A program made the translations under genes and the position numbers. Of a stretch of DNA of 53,298 bases, positions 41,301 through 52,154 are shown one piece after another. Numbering within the stretch: position 1 is the first letter of the stretch; each line of letters begins with the position of its first letter. The DNA is from Nitrososphaeraceae archaeon (GTDB lineage: Archaea > Thermoproteota > Nitrososphaeria > Nitrososphaerales > Nitrososphaeraceae), in the NCBI GenBank assembly GCA_035250975.1, contig DATFEP010000059.1, forward strand, positions 1 to 53,298, in the 5' to 3' direction. Under the pieces are notes generated by a model. The model was given only the letters and a program-made list of their open reading frames with translations. It made no database searches and was not told the DNA's origin.

Positions 41301-41612
41301 AATTATGGAAGTATAAACATTAGTAGAGATTATCCAGGGAACGGTCCCACAGCAATAGCTGTTGATTCAAAAAATAATAAAATTTATGTATTAAACGTGT
41401 TCAGTGACAATATATCAGTTATAGATACAGGTTTCATAACAGATTCATTAAAAGATAGTAAAACTATTAATCAGGAGCAGAAATATGTACTATATGTTAT
41501 TCTTGCAGGAGATTCCCCAAGTGATATATCGATTAGTTCTGAAAAATTATATGTACCCAATCGCGGTCATAATATAGCACACATATTGAATGTTGCAGTT
41601 TCTAACGAGTAA
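38307..41612 (+). CDS. nSTAND1-type NTPase, single TM helix, YVTN/YncE beta-propeller repeats
   Basis: PYIGPRPF..FFGRD, Walker A AQSGAGKTS, Walker B LIYDQLEE, IIREDY, ELTHDRL; basic patch then TM ISIPVVISVIVIFVIY; about 14 YVTN/YVAN..SVID repeats. Confidence 0.9.
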   Translation: MDRIENYFKHIQASNSLNRIDKKSLEPYIGPRPFNRDPEDQKRFFGRDYETEEIVSLISSHKLVLIYAQSGAGKTSIFNAQVIPTLEQDGFEVLPVIRLKSSNISTNLDTNDVKNICIFNSLQSLRPDLDPNTLKDKSLTEFLQEYFPIKKDKNDREMQQILIYDQLEEIFDILPRNWKEQRKEFFNEIVKVLNDIIPLQIVFIIREDYLAQLDPYTNNLPEKLRPRFRLERLRADSALLAIKGPLKDVPRDVIQNYKGDIDKDINDIVHELMKIQIEYMPGKTQQIEGEFIEPIQLQVVLKRWWEKITNPNSKIVKQNLIYVSDVDTALEEFYEDAINDVINKDKIKESEIRKWCEENLITQTGTRGIVHKGSDSTAGLRNDLIDILEKKYFIKENRRAGARWCELTHDRLIKPIISSNQKWRKEQQKRNKLKFVKISIPVVISVIVIFVIYESLYLIPVVESFPAGYLPYVLSVDQSSGLVYVTNPTSDTISVINGKKNELVKTINVPDNPLDIAVNSQNNLVYASIPKNQSISVIQRDNLMHVLNPFIKKIPIIQGVFDYDVTNIPLNYSPLSLGLDSVHSKLYVSSQNLVSVIDTNTNKINETIKIAYTPYEVSVDTKSNKVYVANYKGNKVSIIDGTDYKILKTITVGNNPSSIVFNPNDNKVYVANSGDDTVSVIDGTDYKILKTITVGKSPSSMIFNPNDNKVYVANKGDNTVSVIDERNNNDIVVAIFEVGNNPTSININEGQNILYIVNNLDNKLKAIDRGNNLMKNFISFFNSGNQPTEFVINKIPVGIHPSGIATDAETKMVYVANTDSNTVSVIDGTKNEIKEQFNVGEKPRDIDSINDTIYVSNSLSNTVSVIDREEGSIKNITTEGKYPTGLAANEKTNLVYVANTDSDDISVINGTTKKVDSIINVGNAPTSIVVDESNNFIYVTNYENDNVSVINGTTKKVDPIIKVGNGPTSIAFDSEKNLVYVANYLDDTISVINATDKVNYGSINISRDYPGNGPTAIAVDSKNNKIYVLNVFSDNISVIDTGFITDSLKDSKTINQEQKYVLYVILAGDSPSDISISSEKLYVPNRGHNIAHILNVAVSNE
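40176..40480 (+). repeat. Near-identical 126-bp propeller-blade repeats
   Basis: AATAAAGTATATGTTGCTAAT at 40176, 40302 and 40428; a second duplicated pair starts at 41021 and 41147. Confidence 0.9.
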
Positions 41613-41685
41613 TATTTTTATAGTTTTAAAAAAATGAACGCTAATATCATGGAAATAGTTTAATAATATAGATCTCCAGATAAGT

Positions 41686-42639
41686 ATGATGCAAATTATC
41701 ATAGTGTTAATTATCATTTTCCTATCTTTTGTAATATCATTTGAATCTAGTTTCATATACGAATTATATGCTGAAAAAGATTTAGTTATTGATGAAAAAG
41801 TACATATTACAATATCTAAAGATAATGAGACTCTAATTGTTCCTGCGAAAATAGGAATTGATCCAAAGTTATGGAAAGACCATTCATTAGACTATTATAG
41901 TTTTGACCCTAATGCTAACAATACTTCTCCTTTAAACACAAAAAATTATAATGGAACTATTTACATGGAATCAATTTACGATAGAGAGTTTACTCTACAA
42001 AATTTTTTAGATGTATGGGGCTTTGACAAAAGTAAAATAAAAAATATTTTTTGTAGTGAAAAACAATTATGCGATCTTGATTTAACTTTAACTGATGGTC
42101 AAAATTTAAGATTAGAGCTCGAAAATGATAAAACTCTAAATAATTTTACCAAATATATCCATCCAAAAATAACTTTTGAATATCCTTCTCAATGGAAAAT
42201 AACTAATTCGATATTAGGCAATGAAACATTCTATGATGAGTTGATTAAAGTATTCCCAAAGGAAGCAGAATATATGACTACTCCTTTCTTTTCTATACAA
42301 ATCAAAAAATTAGATTCGAATATGACAACATTAGACGAATATTATATGAATAATTTACCCAGTTTATTACAGGCAGATGAAAATATTTTTCCTCACTTTA
42401 TATATTATAATAAAACTGAATTCGATGGTAATCTTGCATACCTTATATTGTTAGATACTACTTTAGTTGCAGAACCTGGTTCATCTGAAAAAGGCAACGA
42501 GATTACACAAAAAGAATCTCATATTTGGACCATAAAAGGTGGTTATTTTTATGATATATCCTATAAAGCTTTGAATGCAGTTTACAACGACTATTGGTCT
42601 ATGCAAAAAAAAATCATCAATTCAATACGAATACAATAA
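41686..42639 (+). CDS. Exported protein with C-terminal PsbP/Mog1-like domain
   Basis: N-terminal signal or TM segment; VPAKIGIDP..REFTLQNFLDVWG domain; FTKYIHPKITFEYPSQW...FDGNLAY...YDISY..IINSIRI (PsbP-like). Confidence 0.7.
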   Translation: MMQIIIVLIIIFLSFVISFESSFIYELYAEKDLVIDEKVHITISKDNETLIVPAKIGIDPKLWKDHSLDYYSFDPNANNTSPLNTKNYNGTIYMESIYDREFTLQNFLDVWGFDKSKIKNIFCSEKQLCDLDLTLTDGQNLRLELENDKTLNNFTKYIHPKITFEYPSQWKITNSILGNETFYDELIKVFPKEAEYMTTPFFSIQIKKLDSNMTTLDEYYMNNLPSLLQADENIFPHFIYYNKTEFDGNLAYLILLDTTLVAEPGSSEKGNEITQKESHIWTIKGGYFYDISYKALNAVYNDYWSMQKKIINSIRIQ

Positions 42640-42831
42640 TAAATAACATTATACATGCTACAAAATATATTCCATTGAATCTATTGCAAGGTCAAAAACG
42701 TAGTTGATTTGTTTGCCTCAATACCAAATTTTGGCAGTTGTCGATGATAGAGATTCAATATTTGATGTAAATTTTGATCTGGAATTATTCCTCATCTATT
42801 AGAAACAATTTTTTATTGATATCAATGAAAA

Positions 42832-42855
42832 AAATTTTTCGGTGCGGAAAAATTT
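42832..42855. repeat. Degenerate copy of the 35778 palindrome
   Basis: AAATTTTTCGGTGCGGAAAAATTT; two substitutions in the CGGCGCCG core. Confidence 0.7.
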
Positions 42856-43033
42856 GACAGATGATGTATACTGATTTTAGTATATTATTATGAAATCTCT
42901 TTTTTAATATTATCTCCCTATGGATAATATTTAAATCTGAGCCTCTAGTTATCCTGAGTGTGTTTTTTTCTGCTTAATAATTCTCTGCTTTGGAAAATTA
43001 ATAGATATATTCTTAAAACATGGAATATTTTTT

Positions 43034-43462
43034 GTGAAGGATAAACCATTTGATTTTCATGGTGCAAAATTTACTATCAAGGTTCTTACTTCTGAGACTA
43101 ATGGTACCTATACCATCCTAGATATAATTCATCCACCTAATCTAGGACCTGCGTTACATATACATCCCAAAGGTTCAGAAAGCTTTTACATAGTTGATGG
43201 AGATTATGAATTCATTTTAGATGGGAAATCAGTGACGGGTAAACCTGGAGATGTAATTTTTGTTCCTAAAGGAGTCCCACATAGATTTATCGTAGGGTAC
43301 AAAGGTGGACATGCACTTGTAATAAGTCCCCCAGATCTTGAGTTTTATTTTTTTAAAGTAAGTGAATTACTTGCCAAAGGTGAGGTCTCATATGAAACAG
43401 AATCAAGTATAGGAAAACAGTATAGTCAGGTTTTCTTAGACAACACAAAATACTGGAAATAG
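43034..43462 (+). CDS. Cupin domain protein
   Basis: GPALHIHPKGSESFYIVDG and GDVIFVPKGVPHRF cupin motifs. Confidence 0.9.
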   Translation: MKDKPFDFHGAKFTIKVLTSETNGTYTILDIIHPPNLGPALHIHPKGSESFYIVDGDYEFILDGKSVTGKPGDVIFVPKGVPHRFIVGYKGGHALVISPPDLEFYFFKVSELLAKGEVSYETESSIGKQYSQVFLDNTKYWK

Positions 43463-43783
43463 TCAAAATCTAGAACCTTACCTTTTACAAACTAACTGAA
43501 AACAATCTACAATTTTGTTGTAGGTTGCAATAGTTATACTAGTGGTTTTATTTTTAAATCAAAAGATCAAGATAAAAGACATACTCGTTAAAAAGTGATG
43601 CTATCAAAACTAAGACACATATTTCAAGTACTTTTTATAGAATGAAAGTAATCAATACAGGAACAAAGTCTCTTTTATGGCTGGTTTTGGTTATAAAATT
43701 TAGAATCTCTCATTGCTAAACCACTAAATTAGATTAAAAATGTTAGGTAGTTCTAAAAAATTGATTTAGGTTCATTATAATTA

Positions 43784-44338
<555 letters not shown>

Positions 44339-45083
44339 TCATCATCATATTTAACAATTAGAGTGTATAGTCTTTATAGAAAACATCAGAGGTATGAGGA
44401 TATTTCTTAGGTAAATTTTGATAGAAATAGGATTTTGCTTTAAATATTTCTAACGTATACTTTACTTTTTCCACAGACAACACATTTGTTAATATCATAT
44501 ACAGCTTTTAAATTAGTTGCACACCAATAACATGAATTACAGAATACGAATTTACAGTTATTTCTATCATAAAAATTTTTATTCAAAACAATAGTTTTAT
44601 TATTATACATTCTTATTCAGTAATTACTTTTAAGTTTAATTATATATTGATTAGTTAATTACGTTAACAGACCAGATTATCTAGAATTTTAGAACACTTA
44701 ATCATCTTAAACTTCATTGATTTTTGAAGACACTTCAAAAGAAGGTTCTGATTTACAAAAATACATTTCCTTTGGAATTCTTTGTTGAGCGCTATTCCAA
44801 TAGCTATTGTAAGCATTGACACCGTTCTCTTGGAAACCTAATTTTACCCCTAGAGATAAATGTACTGCATGTTTCGTCTATTGCTAATCGTAGCAGTCAT
44901 GGTTATCATGACGCGATACGATGGGGTTTGTATAATTATACTTTCTATTATACTATAACTCTTGTTTTTAACGCAGCCAGAATATGTCTCTGTTGGTGCT
45001 CTCTTCTCGTCTTTAATATTTTTATGTTTTAATTTTTTTATTTGATAAAATAATAAATTGATGACTTAAATAATATCTTATAT

Positions 45084-46130
45084 TTGGTGTTAAACACATT
45101 TTTTTGTATGATTATTAATTATAGTAAATTTTTTACAATGTTACTTGGAGTTGTTCTTTCAATACTAATTGGTTCTAATTTGTTTGATCCACTCGACAAA
45201 ATATATGGACATGGTATTAGCACCGATAAATCTCTTCCTTTCGATATTTCCGGAAGACAAATTGCTGTTGAAGGAAAACTCGAACCTCCATTTTTAAACG
45301 AAAGCAGTCAAAAACCTACTCTAATCATTAGAACTTTTGACGAAAAAACTAATGAAACTATAGATGATATCAACTACAGAATAATTGTCAAAATTAAGAA
45401 TGAAACAATAATTGATCAACGATTTCATTCGATTGATGGAATCATTTCATCAGATCTTATCGCTTTGAATAATTCAAATACATACCAAATCGTAACTAAA
45501 GATAAAGGAGAACAAAATTTATCAAAGGATGATCTAGTAGAAGTGAGTTTAAGGAACCCTGTTATTATAAAAAGTAGATTACTTGCAGATGGTGGATTAT
45601 ATGAAATATCTGTTGTCCTTGAAAAATCAAGCAAAGGTTTGAAATTAGACTCGGATAAAAAAGTAGATCTATTTATTAGTATTGGGAAAACCTTTACCTA
45701 TGTAATAACAAAATTGCAGAGTAGCAGCGAGACTAATAATGGCAGTAGCGAGGGTAGTTTGACATTGAAAGTTAAGACTTTTTATGACGAAATTACTAAT
45801 TTTACGTACGACAAAGAGACGTCAAGGATTTCATTTGAAATGCCATTTAGATGGAATTTAGATTATGTAAGTCAGGTTGTTAATTTACATGAAGAACTTA
45901 TTATACCTAAATCTTACGTACCCTTATCTACAGTTTCATCATTTACCGGTAAGGTAAATGGTATAGAAATTCCAAGTAATTTTATTTTAATTGATGATTT
46001 TTCAGATCAAAATGACAGAATTGTACATATAGTGATTCCAAATTTTAAATTAAAAGAACTTACTAATCAAATTATAAAAGATGGCGAACATTCTTCTGCA
46101 ACATTTGAACTACAACCGGTTAAAACCTAA
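45084..46130 (+). CDS. Exported hypothetical protein (thaumarchaeal surface-protein-like)
   Basis: N-terminal hydrophobic segment; YDEITNF..ISFEMPFRW..LHEELIIPK..IDDFS..RIVHIV; start uncertain. Confidence 0.7.
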   Translation: MVLNTFFCMIINYSKFFTMLLGVVLSILIGSNLFDPLDKIYGHGISTDKSLPFDISGRQIAVEGKLEPPFLNESSQKPTLIIRTFDEKTNETIDDINYRIIVKIKNETIIDQRFHSIDGIISSDLIALNNSNTYQIVTKDKGEQNLSKDDLVEVSLRNPVIIKSRLLADGGLYEISVVLEKSSKGLKLDSDKKVDLFISIGKTFTYVITKLQSSSETNNGSSEGSLTLKVKTFYDEITNFTYDKETSRISFEMPFRWNLDYVSQVVNLHEELIIPKSYVPLSTVSSFTGKVNGIEIPSNFILIDDFSDQNDRIVHIVIPNFKLKELTNQIIKDGEHSSATFELQPVKT

Positions 46131-46613
46131 TTTTTGTAAAAGGTCATGAGATAATATTATAATGATAAGTTCCCTTGCTAAAATAATTTATTAGTAAATC
46201 ATGTACTAGTGTTTGTTTGTCCTGGTTACATACCTTGTAACGTTCCATGATAAAGGTGAAAGTCTGACTCACAAAGGGCAGAGGAAGTAACACACAAAAT
46301 AATATCTTCTTTTTCTTTTATTTCTGGTTTCGGTTTATCATCTATTCTTACGTCTTTTGCACCATGATAAACTAATGCTTTCATAAATGTACATGTATAC
46401 AACATAGATTATAGATATTATTAGTAGTAGAAAGAATGAAGGAGGTAAGAATATTTTAAATAAAAAGTATCATGAAAAAATTAAAAAAGAAGAATTTTGC
46501 AATAAGACTGTTAGCAAATTTTTACTGGTATTGCTTACTTTATGATGACAATTAACAAATATGTTCTAGATTAGCAACCGTACGCTTAAATTTCTTGCTT
46601 GTGTGTATAAAAT

Positions 46614-47870
46614 ATGGATATATATCCCCCGATAGACCAAAGATTTTCACCTTTTGACTTCTATTGATCGATGAGAAAAAATAATCCTGTTGTATATGAT
46701 GATAAAAATGAACAATGGGGATTATATCGCTATAGTGATATTGAAAAAATATTAAGAGATCCTATAAAATTTTCATCTAAATTCGGGCCATTTCAAGTAC
46801 CTCAAGAATTTCAAAAAAATCTTAATCGGCCAAGCCTTTTAAATTCCGATCTTCCATATCACAGGAAACTTCGTAGTATTGTTGATACATTATTTGTTCC
46901 CATAGAAATATCCAAGTTAGAGCCACGTATTGAAGACGTTGCAAATGGATTGGTCGAAAACATTGTTGAAAAAGGTAATACTACAATGGATTCAATAACA
47001 GATTTTGCCTATCCGTTACCTGCAACCGTAATCGCAGAACTATTGAGGGTACCGTCTGAAGACCAGGATACTTTTCGTCAATGGGCAGATAATATAGTGA
47101 GCCTTGAATTTACTACTGGTAATAGTGGTATTGATTCCATTAGAAAGGCAGACCAAACTGTAGCTGATATGGACACTTATTTTAGTAAATTAATAGAGAA
47201 AAAAAGGAAAATACCAACCAATGATCTTATTAGCCATATTATTAGAGCTAAAGTAGACGGACAATCTTTATCTGAAAAAGAAATACTTAGTTTCTGTAGC
47301 CTTCTTCTCAATGCAGGACACATTACCACAGTGAATCTGATAGGAAACTTGATATTCTCATTACTTGAAGATCCTGAAGAGTTTAAACGATTGCAAGGAA
47401 ACAAAAATTCCTTAATTAAGCCTGCAATAGAAGAAACTCTACGTTATAGGTCGCCGGCACAATTAGTAACTCGTGTAGCAAATGCGGATGTAACTTTATC
47501 TGAAGGAGGAGGACATGGAGAAAGAAAACATACACGAGAGATAAAGAAAGATCAAAAGATTACATTATTTCTGGGATCTGCTAATCATGACGAGACTGTA
47601 TTTACGGATCCTGAACGATTTGATATTACTCGTAAAAACTTACGTCATTTGGGTTTTGGAACTGGAATTCATTTTTGTTTGGGAGCTCCTTTAGCTAGAC
47701 TTGAAGGACAAATAGCACTAAGAGTAATTCTTGAAAGATTTGAGAATTTTCAATTTAATTTTGATTATAGTGGTAGGCAAGATATATATAGAAAAGTTAG
47801 TCCACTCAAAAGTTCTTTTTTACTTGGATTATCGCATCTGCCTTTGCGTTTCCAAGCTAAAAATAGATGA
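46614..47870 (+). CDS. Cytochrome P450, N-terminus interrupted by an in-frame TGA (possible pseudogene; intact ORF 46671..47870)
   Basis: AGHITT I-helix, EETLR, FTDPERFD, heme motif FGTGIHFCLG; the upstream in-frame sequence reads MDIYPPIDQRFSPFDFY*SMRKNNPV. Confidence 0.85.
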
Positions 47871-48011
47871 TAGAGTTTGCACATATTCATTTAGCCCGGG
47901 CATCCTCTACAGATTACAATATAGAACCAATCAATCAATCAAGCCTTACTTTACAATAATAAAATTCACACATAAGCAAATTCATTTAACTTCATTTCTA
48001 CAAGGTTATAC

Positions 48012-49055
48012 ATGGTTGCAACAAGGATTAGCCGAGAGATTTGTTTAACCGAATATCCGGTAGGAATGCCTACAGATAACAATTTCAAACTTGTCCAAGT
48101 AGAGATTCCAGAACCAACAAAAGAGGGAGAATTCCTGGTACGAAACATTTGGATGTCTGTAGACCCATATATGCGGGGCCGCATGAGGAATGAAGAAGAA
48201 GTCGTTAAAAGCTTTATACCTTCTTTCAACTTAGGTCGGCCTTTAGAAGGAGGATGTATAGGTCAGGTTATAGCATCAAAAAACAGTCAGTTTGCTGTAG
48301 GTGAATATGTGCTAGGGATGTGTGGATGGCGTGAATATTGGTTGTCAAATGGTTCAAATGTTATGAAGGTCGATCAAAAGATAGCTCCAATTCAATCATT
48401 TCTTGGAACATTTGGTATGCCGGGTCTTACGGCTTATGTTGGGCTTTTAAAGATTGGCGAGCTCAAGGATAATGACACAGTATTTGTTTCAGCAGCATCG
48501 GGGGCAGTGGGATCTGTTGCATGTCAAATCGCAAAGACCAAGGGCTGTCATGTTATAGGAAGCGCTGGATCAGATGAGAAAGTAAATTGGCTACTTGACC
48601 AAGCAGGTATAGATTATGCATTTAATTACAGAAAGGTAGAAGATATCTCAGCTGAACTCCTAAAGGTCTGTCCTGATAAAATTGATATCTACTTTGATAA
48701 TGTAGGTGGAAAACACTTAGAAGCGGCCCTTGATAACATGAAAACATTTGGTAGAATTGTACTTTGTGGCATGATATCGCAATATAACTCTAGTTCTCCA
48801 ACTCCTGGCCCATCTAATCTGTTGTTGGCTATAACTAATCGATTCAAACTTCAAGGCTTTATTGTAGGTGATCATTATGATATGCTAAACGAGTTTCATG
48901 TCTCTATGGCCAAATGGGTTTCCGAAGGAAGAATGAAGTGGAACGAGACAGTGATAGAAGGTATAGAGAATGCACCAAAGGCCTTCATTTCTCTTTTTAA
49001 GGGAGAAAATTTTGGTAAAATGCTAATAAAGGTTGGACCAGACCCGGCTGTATAA
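48012..49055 (+). CDS. NADP-dependent oxidoreductase (MDR, prostaglandin-reductase/CurA-like)
   Basis: SVDPYMRGRM, GMPGLTAY, VSAASGAVGS, YFDNVGG, CGMISQYN. Confidence 0.93.
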   Translation: MVATRISREICLTEYPVGMPTDNNFKLVQVEIPEPTKEGEFLVRNIWMSVDPYMRGRMRNEEEVVKSFIPSFNLGRPLEGGCIGQVIASKNSQFAVGEYVLGMCGWREYWLSNGSNVMKVDQKIAPIQSFLGTFGMPGLTAYVGLLKIGELKDNDTVFVSAASGAVGSVACQIAKTKGCHVIGSAGSDEKVNWLLDQAGIDYAFNYRKVEDISAELLKVCPDKIDIYFDNVGGKHLEAALDNMKTFGRIVLCGMISQYNSSSPTPGPSNLLLAITNRFKLQGFIVGDHYDMLNEFHVSMAKWVSEGRMKWNETVIEGIENAPKAFISLFKGENFGKMLIKVGPDPAV

Positions 49056-49484
49056 GATAGGGCAATTGTATAGTGATGCATTATTACATTAAAGAGCAAC
49101 CATTCTTTATTTTTGGAAATTATGAAATAGTTTCGAGCATTTCTAGTTATTAAAAGTATAATTATTTACCTACACACGGTAAAAAATACTATGAAACGGA
49201 TATTTGTTCATTATCGTCAGGTTAAAAGATATCTGATATCTAAATTATTACTGATTTTCTTAATTATTATTTAAATCATTTTCAACCATGTCTATCTGAG
49301 ATCGAGGAATCCCTAAATCTAATCCATGTTTTCGGAATATATTATAAATATTTTCCTAAAATCAGATTGAACTTTCCATATTCGTTTGGGCCTATTTGTA
49401 TATGCTCTTAATTCATATCTGCATGTATAATTGCCAGATGTCTTAACAATTACATATGGCTCTAGCGATTGTGGTGACAAAATA

Positions 49485-49975
49485 ATGTTTAAACAAAACG
49501 CCGATGGTGTTTGAATTAAAAAATCTGGGGACTATTACTTTAGAAAATATAATAATAGAGAAGTCATTCGACTCATAAATCAAATAATAGGGAGATATGA
49601 ACTAAATAAGAAATTGGAACATAAAAGATACGATTTATTCAAGTCCCACTTTACAGAAGTTCGCATGAGTGTTATTGGTATCAATGGTCAAGAGGAAACA
49701 AAAAGCATTAGCTTCAATATTGCCAACTCTACTGATATAAACCTTGTAAAATGCAGAAATTTAATTATTATGACCTTGCAACAGCTTACAAATTAATGAA
49801 ACGAGATTTAGGAATCACATATATTGCAATGACAAAAATTCATTACAATGTGACGAGGTTTAACTATGTCCTAGCTCTTGACGAAGCAGAAGATCTAGCA
49901 GGGAGATTTAAGTTAAAAAGCGGAAGAGATTGTGTGTTACATGACCAACAAAAAAGTATCAGAAATGTATGTTAA
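49485..49975 (+). pseudogene. Disrupted gene of unknown function
   Basis: ATG 49485 is in frame with ORF 49614..49796 across one TGA; overlapping ORF 49751..49975 suggests a frameshift. Confidence 0.45.
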
Positions 49976-50148
49976 TGGATGAAATAACCTTAGAATCGTC
50001 CCTAAAGAATAACAATATACATTTTTCTTCTTTACCTCAACTATTTCTTGCACTAAAATAAATTAAGCGTAAATTACATCATTGTTGGTCAGCATAGTTT
50101 TGCTCTTTGTTCTCAAAAAACGAGAGTCCGTGTTAGTTTTTTTATGTT

Positions 50149-51476
50149 CTATTTAGACAACCAATTAATACCAACACTAATTCCATTTTTTGGAGTTATC
50201 AAACGTTGTTCATTATCATTGGTCATTTTCTGTATTTTCACTGATTCAAATTCAGATCCAAAGGTTTGAATGAACTTCTTTTTCCTGCTTGTATTGTTCT
50301 CCTCTAATATATCAATAAATTTTTTAACAAGTAATATGTCAACTTCATTTAATCCTTTGTTCAGTAAATTCTGCAATGTTATTCCTATCGTAGCCTGAGA
50401 GAAAAGTATCGATCTGTTTGCTTTGATTGCATGGTGAAGTTCGGATATCGAATATTTTAATATTTTTAATTCTTTTTCTGACTCAACATTTTTTTCGTAC
50501 CTTGAAAGGATCTCGAAAAATCTTTTTTTTACTTCTAGTGGACTCATTTGGTCTTCAGTCGAAATCTTATTTAAAACATATCTTATTTTTTTTAGATCGT
50601 TAAGATCAAATCCTAGTTTTTTAATTTCATCTAAAGAATCCAGCAATAATGTTTTCGAATTTAGAGAATCTGAATATTCCGAATTAATTTTTAACATTGT
50701 TTGATTGTCAATTACTAAACTATCACGTATTCGTTTTATAGATTCGATCTCTTTTTCCAAATTTTCTTTATCGTTAATTCTTTCTAACGTTTTAACTAAA
50801 TCCTTATTTCGATATTTTTTTATTTTTGCTATAGTTGTACATTGTACACAATAAAGATATATCGTCTATTGGTATTGCTTCCTTTTCTAGAGCATCTTTA
50901 ATATTTGTATACCAGGCAAGTTCTGCAGAGGATATGCCAATTTTATCTTTGGTCAATAAAAAATTTTTTCTGCATCTGATTTAGCTTTTTCAATTTTCTT
51001 AATCTCCTCTTTCAAATTTCTAATTTGGCTCTCTAATGTCTTTTTTTTCCGCTATTTGTCTTTTAATGTGGTCTTTTAATTGTGACGGTAAAATCTCTTT
51101 AGAAATATTTATCAGCTCGAACAAGCAATCATGCATAATCGTTAAATTCACATCCAATCGTGTGCATAACTGATATGCGTTTTTTAAGAAGACTTCCAGT
51201 TTTTCCTCATCGGATATACCCAACTTGACAAGAATCGATTGGATTCGGTATCCATATGCACATTCTTTCACTGTAAGATTTGCTTTTCTAACCTGCACTA
51301 CAAAGTCTCTACTGGCGTCAATATCGTATTGGTCAAGAGAATCGATGAAAGATTTGATAATGTTAGATACAGAACCTGTACTTATTCCCAAATCAGATGC
51401 TATTTCGTCTCGACTCTGCCTGTAACCATCTATGAATCACTTCTGATGGAATATAACGTGAAATTTTTTCCGTCAT
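50149..51476 (-). pseudogene. Frameshifted HTH plus coiled-coil protein gene
   Basis: ATG 51476 MTEKISRYIPSEVIHRWLQ, frameshift, SRDEIASDLGISTGSVSNII (HTH), then ORFs 51020..51391 and 50149..50760 of coiled-coil character. Confidence 0.7.
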
Positions 51477-51509
51477 AAATAAATTATATTCAAAAAATTA
51501 TTTAAAATT

Positions 51510-51585
51510 TTGACTGACGTCAAGATATCGGTAAGTTAGTCAAGATAACGGTCAATTCGGCCAAGAAATTCGTCAAGTTGTTGAC
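51510..51585. repeat. Helically phased GTCAAG array (three 20-21-bp units)
   Basis: GTCAAG-like hexamers at 51519, 51530, 51539, 51551, 51560 and 51572; inverted TTGAC at 51510 and 51581. Confidence 0.7.
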
Positions 51586-52154
51586 TGCTTACAATAAAGG
51601 GTATGTACAGATTATTTTTGAAAGAAGAATTCAATCCGATAGTGGTTCGATCAAGTCAACGAATCTTTTAGATATTGCGGATCGATGTTACCTTCCTAAT
51701 TCCGCTCAAAAAACTATTTTGTTAGCAGATAGGGTCACTGTTCAGTAAAGGTAGCAAGTGGATCTACTGGAAATTATATGAATTGGTAATCAATTTGTGC
51801 AACTACACAATTGTAGGATAAATACAGTATTTTTGAAATTCTGCTCATAAAAGAATACATTACAATACATGTGGATGTTCTATTTCTGGCAAATCTTAAC
51901 AACATATATTTGTTAGAATAGAACATTCAAAGCTATAGATCTTTCGTTAACTTACAGGGCCCAATATCTATATTAAATATTATAATTACTATTATAAAAT
52001 TAAGAACTGGTAACGGTTTGTTTTTAGTTTCCAACGATCTTTATACTTCGTCTGTGTTGTGGTCATTCTTTTCAATTATGTTAATGGTATAATAAGACAT
52101 ATTTAAAAAATATATTTGAACAATCTAAAGTCTGATTGCAGACTAAAAGATATT

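Noticed and set aside
46665-46667. Selenocysteine or programmed readthrough at the P450 TGA
   Set aside because: The position is not a catalytic Cys site and nothing in the window supports Sec decoding; a nonsense mutation is simpler.
51510-51585. CRISPR array
   Set aside because: Units are 20-21 bp, degenerate and contiguous with no unique spacers; no cas genes. No CRISPR array was seen anywhere in the window.
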